Positions 43,917-58,789 are shown, numbered from the stretch's first letter. The stretch is DNA of 64,000 nucleotides from Octopus vulgaris (GCA_951406725.2 OX597838.1:14508001-14572000), one strand, 5' to 3'. Made by a program: numbers and translations. The notes: a model not told the origin generated them from the sequence alone.

Positions 43917-44995
43917 TATATACATCACAGTTCCATATCTTGGCACAAGGTCAGCAATTTTTGAGAGTGGGTAAGTTAATTACAATTGACGCCCAGTTGT
44001 CAACTGGTACTTATTCTATCGACTATCGAAATCACCGAAACAAGTAAAAGATAAAAGGAAAAAAAAATAACATGTAATGTTACAAAATCAGCCGACACTT
44101 TTCTTAGCTCAATACTCTGTTTATTTGGCGCCGTATTCATTAATAGATACCGAATCATTAATTATATTCATTACGGTAACTGAACCATAATTATTCAGGG
44201 GTTTTAGCGAGAGGGAAAGAGAGAGAGAGAGAAAGAAAGGAAGAAGAAAAAAGCAAGGAGAGATTGTAGTGCAGACAAGCGGACGATGGCTCCGAAGCAT
44301 TTATTAAATGCTACATCCAGCAACGGAAATATGTTACAGGATGGTCGTAGCCCTATAACTTATTTTTCTGACAAAGAATGCTTTACTTTCGTATAAGCTT
44401 TGAGCTCTCAACAACTGATGCAGTTATAGAGGTACTGTGAAGATATACGGAGTCTTTGTGGCATTTTAGTCCTAACAGATTCCATTCCTCTTCACGTTTC
44501 CCCATTGCCGGTTTCTTCCAGAGAGATAAAAAATGAAAAAGAAGTAGAAAGAAAGAGATGAAACTACTCCAACACCGGACGACGGATACTTTATTTATCG
44601 ACCTCGAAAGGATCAAAGGCAAAATTTTCTACGGCAATATTTGAAATTGGATAGAATTGAATAAATACAGTCAAGAAGCATACCTGGGGTCCTAACGACT
44701 CTGCCAATTCCAACCCCGCTTCTCCAAGGAATAATGAATCTATAAGAAAGGAGATCTGGCTTTGAAACCACTTGGTTTCAGATTCAGTCCCGCTGCACGG
44801 TATCTTGGCCAAATGTCTTCTGCTATACCTCTGAGCTGACCATTGCCTTGTAAGTGAATATGGTAGATGGTAACTGTGGAGCGGGGGGGCTACAAATATA
44901 CACGCAAAGACACACACATACACGCATGCGCGCGCCGCACGCACGCACACACACACACACTCACATCCTCCTCTACCATAGCTCCAAGCTATAGT

Positions 44996-45031
<36 letters not shown>

Positions 45032-45155
45032 CGGTGTCAAGAAGACCCAAAGGTGTCAGGTAACGCTGAGTAAGTGCTATGGACAGACTATAGTTAAGCT
45101 CAAAAAAACTTCTCTCGATCCAATAACACCATGTACACTATGCTTGGAATGACTA

Positions 45156-45227
<72 letters not shown>

Positions 45228-45258
45228 CAAAATAAGCAACAAGGATATCCAGATGTAT

Positions 45259-45345
45259 TGCAGTACGATCGTTTCATGCAAGTCCATTTAATTGAACAAT
45301 GCAATCATTACATCAATTTAACATGTAGAGCAATCTTCAGCTGCA
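45259..45345 (-). ncRNA. Minimal type I hammerhead ribozyme motif
   Basis: Minus strand tgcag-CTGAAGA-t-tgc..(long stem II)..gca-t-GAAA-cgatcg-TA-ctgca. Confidence 0.7.
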
Positions 45346-45436
45346 CAAAGACATAGAATTTGATTAAATTAGAACAGATGGGCACATTAGTATAATTATA
45401 CCTAAAATCTCCAAGAAGTTAAGGAGATAGACAAAG

Positions 45437-45468
<32 letters not shown>

Positions 45469-45486
45469 GGTGTTGCGTGTGTATAT

Positions 45487-45680
45487 ATTTCTTTACTACC
45501 CACAAGGGGATTAAGTTGATTACGTCGACCCCAGTGCGTAACTGGTACTTAATTTATCGACCCCGAAAGGATGAAAGGCAAAGTCGACCTCGGCAGAATT
45601 TGAACTCAGAACGTAACGGCAGACGAAATACGGCTACGCATTTCGCCCGGCGTGCTAACGTTTCTGCCAGCTCGCCGCCT
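45487..45680 (-). mobile_element. SINE family C
   Basis: Head and body match other C copies, with an internal deletion. Confidence 0.85.
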
Positions 45681-46065
45681 TATTATGTATATATATATAT
45701 ATGTGTGTGTATGTATATATGACCCTTCCTTGTTTTCTTTGTATCGTCTATCAGCATGTTTTCTGTTCTTGTCACATTTTGTATTTTCTATATACAAGCT
45801 TGAAACGTTTTGTACACACACACACACATACACAAGGCTTTGGTCGGCCCGAGGCTATGGTAGAAGACACCTGCCCAGGATGCCTCGCAGCAGTGGGATT
45901 GAATCCCGAACCATGTCGTTGGATAGCAAGCTTACATATGTGTGCGTGCGTGTGTGTGTGCGTGTGTGCGCGCGCGTGTTTGTGTATGAGTGTATACACA
46001 TGCACACACATACACTCACTCCGAGAAAGATATATACATACATACATTCATACAAAAATTTTTTA

Positions 46066-46447
46066 GAAGCACTGCGTCGGTTACGACGACGAGGGTTCCG
46101 GTTGATCCGAATCAACGGAACAGCCTGCTCGTGAAATTAACGTGTAAGTGGCTGAGCACTTCACAGACACGTGTACCCTTAACGTAGTTCTCGGGGATAT
46201 TCAGCGTGACACAGAGAGTGACAAGGCCGGCCCTTTGAAATACAGGTACAACAGAAACAGGAAGTAAGAGTGAGAGAAAGTTGTGGTGAAAGAGTACAGC
46301 AGGGATCACCACCATCCCCTGCCGGAGCCTCGTGGAGCTTTAAGTGTTTTCGCTCAATAAACACTCGCAACGCCAGGTCTGGGAATCGAAACCGCGATCC
46401 TATGACCGCGAGTCCGCTCCCCTAACCACTGGGCCATTGCGCCTCCA
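46066..46447 (-). mobile_element. SINE family A1
   Basis: Full copy flanked by repeated catacaaaaat. Confidence 0.95.
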
Positions 46448-46624
46448 CATACAAAAATACCCTGTTGTTGATGTTGAAATTCCTATGAAGGAGCCTTGAA
46501 TCTAGGTTAGAAACCGGCTCTTTCTCTATTGGCAAGAAATCTTGAGATAAAACTGAACAATGACATACATACATATATACACGTTTGCATGTATGTATGA
46601 ATATGTATATATATATATATATAT

Positions 46625-46867
<243 letters not shown>

Positions 46868-47277
46868 CCTACATGCATACATACATCGGAAAAAGCCGAT
46901 GAACGTGATTTAATATATCTAATGATGAGAATTTGGGTAAATTATACATTTAATATAAGCACGGAAATCCGTCTGTGTTCTCAGCAGCAGCAAGATGACG
47001 TCAGTACACGCTGGAACACTTAATCTACTTGAAAAATAGCCTCAAGAAAAATGCCTTCTTTTATTAAAAGTACATTTTATCGCCTCTACTGCTTCGAGTC
47101 TGAGTGTGCGTTGTGCTGGTGATTTATCTGTTAGCGTTGAATGTGTTTTTGCTGCTTTTATGCAACATCGAATGCCTATTGCTTGTCTGCGCGAATAACA
47201 TGTTTGAATATAATTAAAATCTAATATTTGAATGGTATTCATTAACTGATGTACTATATGAAACAAAATCATGGACT

Positions 47278-47680
47278 ATAGGCGCAGGAGTGGCTGTGTG
47301 GTAAGTAGCTTGCTAACCAACCACATGGTTCCGGGTTCAGTCCCACTGCGTGGCATCTTGGGCAAGTGTCTTCTGCTATAACCCCGGGCCGACCAATGCC
47401 TTGTGAGTGGATTTGGTAGACGGAAACTGAAAGAAGCCTGTCGTATATATATGTATATATATATGTATGTGTGCGTGTTTGTGTGTCTGTGTTTGTCTCC
47501 CTAGCATTGCTTGTCAACCGATGCTGGTGTGTTTACGTCCCCGTCACTTAGCGGTTCGGCAAAAGAGACCGATAGAATAAGTACTGGGCTTACAAAGAAT
47601 AAGTCCCCGGGGTCGATTTGCTCGACTAAAGGCGGTGCTCCAGCATGGCCGCAGTCAAATGACTGAAACAAGTAAAAGAA
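47278..47680 (+). mobile_element. SINE family B, full length
   Basis: ataggcgcaggagtggctgtgtgg ... gactgaaacaagtaaaag. Confidence 0.92.
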
Positions 47681-48000
47681 TAAAAGAAAAGAAAGAAAAA
47701 GTATAGCGTAGTGGCTATCGTATGTGGGCTTCTGTCGTACGTACAGGAACGTCTGCTCAATCATTATCAACATACATTACTGCCTATCATTACGACTAAC
47801 GTTCGCCACTGTCTCAGTTTTTACCAGCCGACAACAATACTGATCAACATAGCGTTTAATGTTAGTCACTGACGTGCTCACAGTGATTTATGCCTCAGCA
47901 AATTACCATCTGATACAACATTAGTGTTTACGATTGCAACTAACGTAAGTGGGCTACTGTCGTACGTACAAGGACGGCTGTTTCAGTTCTCCCTTGATGA

Positions 48001-48370
48001 TGGAAGCACTCCGTCGGTTACGACGACGAGGGTTCCGGTTGATCCGAATCAACGGAACAGCCTGCTCGTGAAATTAACGTGTAAGTGGCTGAGCACTCCA
48101 CAGACACGTGTACCCTTAACGTAGTTCTCGGGGATATTCAGCGTGACACAGAGAGTGACAAGACCGGCCCTTTGAAATACAAGGTACAACAGAAACAGGA
48201 AGTAAGAGTGAGAGAAAGTTGTGGTGAAAGAGTACAGCAGGGATCACCACCATCCATGCCGGAGCCTCGTTGAGCTTTAGGTGTTTTCGCTCAATAAACA
48301 CTCACAACGCCCAGTCTGGGAATCGAAACCACGAGTCTGCTGCCCTAACCACTGGGCCATTGCGCCTCCA
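48001..48370 (-). mobile_element. SINE family A1
   Basis: Copy with a short head deletion; tctcccttgat repeated on both flanks. Confidence 0.95.
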
Positions 48371-48818
48371 CTCTCCCTTGATATACTGTTACTGCCTTAT
48401 ATCTAACGTAAAAGGCCTGTTATATATGCAGTGGCATCTACTGCAGCCATTTCCAACTGAAACTCTATACCTCCGGCCTACCATAGTACGTAGGCCAGTC
48501 ACGTTGTACGACAAGGTTTGATTTGTGATAATGTCGATTTGGGGAGGTTTAGCACAGCTCCTAAGAAAATCAATCGCCGTGACCTTGTCTTTTATCTTTC
48601 ATCGTTCATCTTTTACTTGCTTCAGTCATTAGACTGCGGCCATGCTGGCACACCACCTCGAAGAATATTTTACTCCAATAAATCGACCCCAGTACTTTAT
48701 TTTTTTTAAAGCCTGGTACTTATTCTATCGGTCTCTTTTGCTGATCTGCTAAGTTACAGGACGAAAACACACCAACACCACTTGTCAAACGGTGATCAGG
48801 CACACACTCACACACAGA

Positions 48819-48859
<41 letters not shown>

Positions 48860-49028
48860 ACATACATACATGCATGCATACATACATACATACATACATA
48901 CATACATACATACATACATACATACATACATACATGCATACATTCATACATACACACATACACACACATACATACATACATACATACATGCATGCATGCA
49001 TACATACATACATACATACATACATACA

Positions 49029-49057
<29 letters not shown>

Positions 49058-49059
<2 letters not shown>

Positions 49060-49201
49060 CGCTAGCAGAAGCAGATCTTGGCTATCACTCCAATGCACAG
49101 GTGCGCGCGGCTGACCAGAGCCAACCAGCTCGAAACCGGCTGACCCCGCGATCCTGTCAGCTACTGGAGGGTAGTAGGGGTTCGCTCGCCCTGCTAGCGA
49201 T
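49058..49201 (+). other. GC-rich rod-like fold-back element with hammerhead-like apex
   Basis: Perfect 11-bp terminal inverted repeat atcgctagcag/ctgctagcgat and nested helices ctcca/tggag, acagg/cctgt, cgcgg/ccgcg. Confidence 0.55.
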
Positions 49202-50708
49202 GTATTGTGTATAAGGGTATTGTATAAGAGCTTGCACCGAAAAACAGCTGATGGACATTCCGCCTGGGGTTAAACTAGTAGAAACAGTTACCTGCCACTT
49301 AGTTGTGGCTACTCGATTTACTACCTACTTACCTACCTACCTATTTACCTACATACATACATACATACATACATACACACACACACATACATACACATAC
49401 ATACATATATATATATATATATTTGTCAGGAAGATTTGGTTGCTCTTTCTAGCAACTCGGGTGACCAAGTAAAGGCTCTCTCGTTGCTTCGTCTCGTTCC
49501 CTTCGTCACTTGTTGTTTAGTCCCGAGTTGGATCTGACTGAACAGATATGATCAAAGACGTCCCAACTGTGACCATTCCGTCTTTCTACCCAGACAAAAT
49601 GGACTCTATGTGTATATCACAGGATAGAGGTTTTTCTATTCTGTATATAAAAACAGTTTGGCTACTTTTTCTAGCAGGTCATGCAACCACATACAGACTC
49701 CATCGTTGGTCTGCCTCAGTAATAATTTTGTTGTTAGTTAGTCTTAAATCAACCCTGATACAGCAAACCTATGTTGCTATAAAAACATCTCTGGTTATTA
49801 AAGAAGGGTTTTGTTAGGGGAGTGGACACGGAAGTTGTTTGCAAACAGCAGCAGTAATTTTCTTCAGCTGAATACACGTCATTGATTGGTTAAAATTACC
49901 CAAATACGACAACTTTAACACGAAATAACTTTTAAAATACAAAATTTTGTCAAAACGTTAAGAGCAAAACCTGTTCTATGTGACACATTCTACCAGTATC
50001 CGAAGTTTCAAAGTGTTTAGTTAAAAAACATTAATTAAAAAATCTGTCCGTCAGATTGAAAAGATCCGGTGGTGGAAGTGGCGGTGGTGATTAGATAGTG
50101 AAAAGTTTATTTTTTCAAATTAACGAAGTTTTTTTTATATAACCTATCACCTAACGCATGCGCATAAGTGCAATTCCGTGAAATATTCACGCTTATTTAC
50201 GTAGCAGATATATATAATTTAACTAAAGGTTGTATCATATGTACGCGATATTTTTTGTTTATGGGAAAACTAGAAAAAGAAGTGGGAATATCTATTTTAT
50301 GAACGCTGCGTATTAAGTTTACAAAATTGTGCTTAAAGTATATATAGTGTACATATATAAAGCGCATTAAGTAATCTCGTATTCCAATTTCTTTCACTTT
50401 TCAATGAGTAGCAGATGAGCGACTATCTTTCCATACAGACATAACACAGGCGACACTTTCGGGATCTTTAGATAAAGTTTTCAGAAATAACCCAATAGGT
50501 TTACCATAGTCATTATTATTTTTGTATGACGGTTGTGTGTGATACAGGGGAGATGTGAGGTGGCGCTGCTTTTTCTAGCATCGTCACATATTGTATATAA
50601 GCCAGTTACAATAACGGTCTTGGATAATGCTTCAGTTTTGTTTTTGCTCTCTTTCCACTTTCCCCAGCTGGCAGCCATTGTTACCAGTGGAAAATTACTG
50701 TTATTGTT

Positions 50709-50765
<57 letters not shown>

Positions 50766-50850
50766 GTCATCATCGTCATCATCGTCATCATCGTCATCAT
50801 CGTCATCATCGTCATCATTGTCATCATCGTCATCATCATCATCATCATCA

Positions 50851-50885
<35 letters not shown>

Positions 50886-50919
50886 ATCATCATCATCGTC
50901 ATCGTCGTCGTCGTCGTCG

Positions 50920-50951
<32 letters not shown>

Positions 50952-51003
50952 ATCGTCATCATCGTCATCATCGTCATCGTCATCATCATCATCATCGTCA
51001 TCG

Positions 51004-51122
<119 letters not shown>

Positions 51123-53081
51123 AGTTTATTCAAATGTCTTTTTCCGAAGTTTTTTTCTTTTCTTTTTCTTTTCGCTTTCTCTAAATTGACGTGATTAAAC
51201 CGTTTTTTCGTTTTAAATTTATTTATCTATGAACGAGGCGACGAGCCATGTTCAAAATTTTGATCGTCTGTTTGAAACTTTCATGGAATCAAGCTGTCGG
51301 CATGACCTTTTGAACTGAGCAAAATGAATACACACATATGTTCTTATGGCCAACAAAAACATATGAAGCGTTGGTTGAAAAGTAAAGTTTAGAGGACTAA
51401 TAAAAATTACTGGGTCGGAATTTATTAAAACATCTTTTGAAGTGGTTTTTGGTAATAATGACAATGTTAAAGAAAGTTTATTTATTTATTTATGTCCTAG
51501 GGACGCTGCGTGGTTGAATCTAATGTGGTTCTTGTTTGCTATTGTTTAAGGTAAGACATAACAACCACTGTTTGTGTTCATATCTGGCTTTTTAGGAGTA
51601 AAGAGAAGGGAGGAAAGGGAAGAAGTAAAGGACAAAGAAAAGACAACGAAGGAGGAAAGGAAGGTGCAGGAGTAGGAGGAGGCTCTAGAGAGATGGTAGC
51701 GGAGGGAAAGCGCTGAGATGGTGTACGTCTGTGCGCGTGAAAGAGGAGGAGGAAGGGGAAGGTTGCTGGTGAAGGAGTCATGGGCGGGGGTGGTAGTTAC
51801 ACAGAGAGATACATAGAGAGAAAGGGAGGGAGAGAAAGGGAGAAAGTGACAGACGGAGAGAGAATCAGATAAACTGTCAACAGACAGGGAGTAGAAGGGT
51901 ATTAGAAGATGAAGGAAGTGAAGACAAAGGTGCCACTCACGCTACCTCCCAAACCCTTTATCAACCCCACCAGGAAATGGTGATGGCGGCGGGAATTGCG
52001 GCTTGGAGCAGGCTAATGCCGAAACTTTTTGTTGTTTGCCAGTTAAATCTGGTTTTCAAGTTTGATCGTGTTCCTCTTCAAAAAAAAAGCAGGTCTGTCT
52101 TTTCTACAAGCTCCATAGCAAAAGATATGTGTGTATCTCTATTGATTCCGCGCACACAAACTGTTTCCAGCTAATATGAATGAAGCAGTCACCGTTTATA
52201 CAATGGCCGACACAGCTCAGATTCTAGCCTGACTCTCTTTCTCTCTCTTTCTTTCTCCCTCTCTGCCTAACTCGCTCACTCTCTCTCTCGTATCTTGTTC
52301 CTCCTTTCCCCTCCTCTATCACTCTCTTCCTTCCTCGTCCTCTCTCCCTTTCTCGCTCCTCTCTGCCCACCTATTCATCCCTCGCCCTCTCCGTCTCACT
52401 TTGCTGTACGTGATGCTTCGCTTATTTAGCAATCTAAACTTTGTTTTAGGCGGCAAAATCGATGTCCTGACTAATCGGATATTATCCGCTTAGGTTTTGA
52501 TAATGATGATTGTGATGACGATGAGGAAGAGTAAGACAGAGGGTGGCAGTTGGTGGCGGTTGGTTGGAAGTGGGGAGATCACGTGATTCTCACGTCTTCC
52601 TGGATTCGAGCCTGTCGTGTCGTGTTTGCATGAAAATGAAACCTGTCACGCGAACTCCAACAAAACTATCGACTTAACCGAGTAATAGGATAGCGTTTGC
52701 TTCTCCCATCACAAATGGGGGTAAACCCTTCTACTCTGTCTTTCTTACTCTTCCTCTTCTCCCCCCCCTCTCTCTCTCTCTCTCTCTTTCTTTCGCTTTC
52801 TTTTATTGCCCTTTTTAGTCCCTTTTTTGTTTCTCTGTCTTTTTCCTACACTCGCCCCTCATTTTCCCCCCTAATGCACGCAGAATAGCAGGAAGTAGGG
52901 ACTTGGAAATAACAGGGGGTCCTATAATATATAAGTTAGTCAGTGAGATAACGAGGGTGTATCTACTCGGTTACTCAACCCCTTAGAAATAGCAGTCAAT
53001 CTCCCTTCAAGTCGTACCATAGCAGAAAGACTTACAATATTTTTGACTTAGTAACACATCGGAGATCGTACATCACTTTGT

Positions 53082-53560
<479 letters not shown>

Positions 53561-53838
53561 AGAAATTTTTTTTTAAAAATTCGATTTAAAGTTAATAACT
53601 TAGTAAAACAGCAAATAGAAAAACTATTGCTTACCATGTTTATTAATTATTCCTGCAGGGACCTTGGGAATACCACATTTTATAAATTTTCTTGTTTCTA
53701 TTTGTGATGCACAAATTCATACCAATATTTATGGCGCTGTTTTGTTACGTTAAATATTTTATGTGAGTTTTCGATTTCATTCAATAGCAAAACTCGATGA
53801 AAATATAACACCCGAACACGCTTTGAGAGAAGCAGAAT

Positions 53839-54268
53839 GATAATCCTTTCTACTATAGGCACAAGACCTGAAATTTTTTTTTGGGGGGGGGGACTAGTCG
53901 ATTGCATCAACCCCAGTACTAAACAGCTACTTAATTTATCGACCTCGAAAAAAATGAAAGGAAAAGTCGACCTTGGCGAAATTTGAACTCAGAACGTAGC
54001 GGCTGACGAAATACCTATTTCTTTATTGCCCACAAGGGGCTAAACATAGAGGGGACAAACAAGTACAGACAAACGGATTAAGTCGATTACATCGACCCCA
54101 GTGCGTCACTGGTACTTAATTTATCGACCCCGAAAAGATGAAAGGTAAAGTCGACCTCGGGGGAATTTGAACTCAGAACGCAGCGGCGGACGAAATGCCA
54201 CAAAGCGTATCACCCGGCGTGCTAACGATTCTACAAGCTTGCCGCCTTGGAGAAGCAGAATAGGAATA

Positions 54269-54300
<32 letters not shown>

Positions 54301-54475
54301 ACTTCAGGCACAAAGCCTGAAATTTGTGGGGAGGGACTAAGTTGATTACATCGACACCAGTGGTTCACTGGCACATATTTAGTCGACCTCGGCGGAATTT
54401 GAACTCAGAACGGAACAGCAGACAAAATACTAAGCATTTCGCCTGGCGTCCTAACGATTCTGCCAGCTTGCCGCC

Positions 54476-54477
<2 letters not shown>
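53839..54477 (-). mobile_element. SINE family C dimer plus adjacent monomer
   Basis: Repeated gtcgacctcggcggaatttgaactcagaacg bodies; heads end near 54248 and 54477. Confidence 0.85.
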
Positions 54478-54556
<79 letters not shown>

Positions 54557-54577
54557 ATGATGATGAGGACGATGATT

Positions 54578-54610
<33 letters not shown>

Positions 54611-54669
54611 ATGATGATGATGATGATGATGATGACGACGACAGCAACAACAACAACAACAACAACAAC

Positions 54670-54706
<37 letters not shown>

Positions 54707-55756
54707 GTTTCAAATTTTGCCACAAGAGCAGCAGTTTTGGAGGAGGGAATAAGTCGATTACATGAACCCCAGTGCTCAACTGGTACTTATTTCATTGAAC
54801 TCAGAAGTATAAAGAGCAAAATTGACCCCAGGAGAATTTGAGCTGAGAATAGGCTGTGTTTTCTACGATAGCCGTCAATGTGTTGATAACTCAACTCATC
54901 GGACACTGAACGCTCATCGTCGAAATCGACGTAGATCCATTAAATTTTTTTTTTTTTTTTTTTTTTTTGGTACGTCGTAGTTGTGTATCTGAGACATGAC
55001 AGAAGTTGTCGCGTTATCTGAAGCGAGATTTCACATGCGAATAAACATGGTGTTACATTATTGTTCGTTGTGAAAAGCAAAGCATACGACAATTCCATCG
55101 ACACAATCTTTAGCACCGTTTTTTTTTTTCTTTTCTTTTCTTTTCTGTTGCTAATTACTAAACTGTGAAAGAAAAAAAAATGCAAGTAAAACAGCAACAA
55201 CAACAACAAAAAAAACAAACAAAAACAAACAAACAATTCGTTAAAAACTAGATCGATAAGGCACAATATTTTTCAATCACAAGTTCGACACGGCCGGCTG
55301 CATCACCATGACGTCATATAAATGGATGTCGTTGGATTGGAGAGGAAGGGGGATTGGGGGGGCGGATGGAGAGTAAAACCGAAAGAGGTTATGATCCTCA
55401 CACTAGCACTCTTCCGGTTTCCTTACTGCGACGACGACGACGACGACAACGATAACCCTCACCACCACCACCACCACCGCCGCCGCCGCCGCCGGCACCG
55501 TCGCCGCTGCCACCACTGCCATCTCCACCACTTATTCTTTCACCCTCTATTTTGTTTACCTCTTTTTTTATTACTTTATTTTCTACCCGTCACATTCATT
55601 TAACGTTTTCTTACGTCATCGTCATCTCTAGAATTTACCACCATCATCTTCCCCATCACCTCTACCATCATCATCATCATCATCATCATCTCTCTCACTC
55701 ACTTCTCCCCCTCTTGCCCTCATTCACACCTCTCCTCTTTTCCCCATATTCTTTCC

Positions 55757-55787
<31 letters not shown>

Positions 55788-55989
55788 GTTCACTCCGCCT
55801 GCACAATGTCAATAGACTTTCAGAAATGTTACCGTTTCATATTAATGAAAATTAGTCTCGACTGGAATTTGAAACCTTGATTTTATTATCGAGTGCACTG
55901 CTGTGCCAAGGAGTTGGGTTTCAAGTGACACTTTACGCATCTAGTTGCCTCTTTTAAACACACAACGTGCGCTTCTAATTGACCCACAA

Positions 55990-56684
55990 AACATTTCACA
56001 TCCTCGCAGACTTGATTGCACGGTTCAGCCTTTCGATTTGACCTACAAAAGATCCTGGTGACTTTACGGGTTTTACCGACGAAACATGCAACAGTCTAGG
56101 TACCACCAGTACTATGTGCCCTTCTACCTGACAGGCGTAATATCATATTCTGGGTGGCTTCAATCGTATGTCACCTTCTCTTTGATAGACGAAAGATGCC
56201 TATTTATTTATTGGTATCGATAAAGCTTCGGTCAAGTATAGGGGTAGATTTTTACTCCCGCCATCTCCACCTTCTCTGTCTGTCTCTCTTTCTCACTCTC
56301 TCAATCTCACGCTCTCTCTCTCTCTCTCTTTCTCTCTGTCTGTCTGTCTGTCTGTCCCTCTCTCTCGCTCAATCTCTCAATCTCTTTCTGACTCACCACC
56401 AGTACGGTACCGTAGACCAGATCTAATGGAGGCTCATTCTCTTATATCATTCCCCAGTGAGCTCTCTCTTTCTTTCTCTCCCTCTTTTCTCGCTCTGTCT
56501 CTCTGTCTTTGTCTCTGTCTGTCTCTCTCACCTTCTCTGTCTCTCACCTTCTCTGTCTCTCATCTTCTCTCTCTCTCATTGCCTCACTCTCTCTCTCTTT
56601 GCTTCTCACTCGCTCTCTTTGCCTCTCTCTTTCTCTTTGCCTCTCTCTTTCTCTTTGCCTCTCTCTCTCTTTTGCCTCTCTGTT

Positions 56685-56721
<37 letters not shown>

Positions 56722-57717
56722 CCCTCTCCTCAATGACCACCACTACGGTACCGCAGACCTGATCTAATGGTGACTCACTCCCTTACATCACTCACCAATG
56801 AGCTCTAGTCTTAGAGAAATTCGTTGAAATCAATGTTTTTTTGCCCTGGATATCAACAAATACTTCGATCGTATTTTGTGTACACATCTTCAATCAAAAC
56901 TTGGCGGCTTGTGTTGACGGAGCCTTTTCTTTTTCACATTCAATCAAATCCGCTGTTCCTCGGGGACAATATAGCACCACATACAACAACGGATGTGGAT
57001 AACACGATCTCCATTCAACGTTACCCTTCCCCAATCGAGAAGCATCCAAGCATCTATGCATAACATATATATATATCACATATCAAACTTATATATTTAT
57101 TCAATAAACGTAGTTATTGAGAGTACACTGCAACGAGGCTCTGCTAACCTTGTCGTTTCTTACAAAAAAAAAGAAGAACAAAAACTCCAACACAACTTAT
57201 ATCAAGCATGGATGGAAGCACTCCGTCGGTTACGACGACGAGGGTTCCGGTTGATCCGATCAACGGAACAGCCTGCTCGTGAAATTAACGTGTAAGTGGC
57301 TGAGCACTCCACAGACACGTGCACCCTTAACGTAGTTCTCGGGGATATTCAGCGTGACACAGAGAGTGACAAGGCCGGCCCCTTGAAATACAGGTACAAC
57401 AGAAACAGGAAGTAAGAGTGAGAGAAAGTTGTGGTGAAAGAGTACAGCAGGGATCACCACCACCCCCTGCCGGAGCCTCGTGGAGCTTTAGGTGTTTTCG
57501 CTCAATAAACACTCACAACGCCCGGTCTGGGAATCGAAACCGCGATACTATGACCGCGAGTCCGCTACCCTAACCACTGGGCCATTGCGCCTCCCATATC
57601 AAGCATGAACATGAACGACACTCAACTAGAGCCCTTGCAGTCGCTTCAAAAGCTGGACCTCGCTATCAATGAGAATTTCTCCTGGCGAAAGCACATCCTA
57701 CACATGTCTTTGACGGC

Positions 57718-57720
<3 letters not shown>
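55990..57720 (+). pseudogene. Ancient CR1/Jockey-like LINE reverse transcriptase relic
   Basis: Colinear decayed motifs LLNDHHYG (DHQYGFR), ALDINKYFDRI (LDISKAFDRV), SAVPRG (GVPQG), VDNT (YADD), GSANLVS and LAINENFSWRKHI; interrupted by (CT)n and a SINE. Confidence 0.65.
57213..57594 (-). mobile_element. SINE family A1 with 12-bp TSD
   Basis: Flanked by atatcaagcatg. Confidence 0.95.
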
Positions 57721-57762
<42 letters not shown>

Positions 57763-57960
57763 ATATAGAATGCATCTAATATTAATAATATTATTCGGAA
57801 TTACAACAATTGGTGGCTTGGAGTTTTAACTGCTCTTTCTAGCGAGTCAGATATCCTATTCTTCGGGCGTCTCTTTTGTGTTTGAACGTACACTGTATTC
57901 TTCTTTGAATAATATATTAGTCTATTGACTAATTTTTTCTTTCTCGCTAGACCACTGGCA

Positions 57961-58054
<94 letters not shown>

Positions 58055-58279
58055 AGCTTAGAGAAGAAGAAGAAACGAAACGAAACCAAATGAATCGAAT
58101 CGAATCGACGCGAAGGTGCTCAGTCATACAATAGTGTAATAAATAAAATATATGCATACATACAAACATATATGTACGTACCTACATCTACATGTATATA
58201 TACATGCATATATAAATATATATACGTGTGTACAGGACACCACAAATAGACGTAGAACTCAACGAGAAACGAAAACATA

Positions 58280-58789
58280 TCTATATATATAAAACTATAG
58301 TTGTGTGAGTGTCTGTCCCCTTCGATTTAGATTCCTAACTACTCCCACATTTTGCGGTGCAGTTAAACCAAATTCGGGTATCTTATAGTCGTGATTCATA
58401 TCGAGCCCGTCTAGCTATTAGGGCGCGTCTACGATGAGTCTTCGATTTTAAAAATAATTTAACGTCATTTTTTATTCCATTTTAATGCATAATTTTTCGT
58501 GTGTCGATGGCGGCGGAGTTGGCGTCCACGCTCACAGCTGCACCTGTTTGCTTCTCCCCCTTCCCTCCCTCGTGAAGCTGTGGGGAAGGGAGTGTAAGGA
58601 AATCAACGTCGTAAAGCGTTGTCAAGGAGACCAGCGTTCTTTTAGAACAACGACTTCATGGCTTGAAGACACCATAACAGAAATGGCTAAGAAAGCCCGA
58701 ATTGGCATCTATAAAGGAAGTAACTCTCTAAAAATGCTTATATAGTTATTTCCCTTACAAACCCGAGCAACGCCGGGCGATACTGCTAG
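58280..58789 (+). mobile_element. Non-autonomous Helitron, copy 2
   Basis: A|TC...cccgagcaacgccgggcgatactgCTAG|T; same termini as 3248-3646 with extra internal sequence. Confidence 0.85.

Noticed and set aside
47726-47738. gggcttctgtcgt resembling the U11 snRNA 5' end
   Set aside because: The match is only 13 nt with no downstream similarity, and it is part of a local repeat recurring near 47950.
49150-49195. Resemblance to the 7SL/SRP Alu domain (cctgt..cagctact..ggagg)
   Set aside because: The similarity is patchy and no S-domain motif is present; the region is kept only as an unclassified structure.
49244-49295. ctgatgg...gaaacagttacctg hammerhead candidate
   Set aside because: The core is altered and stem II does not abut GAAA.
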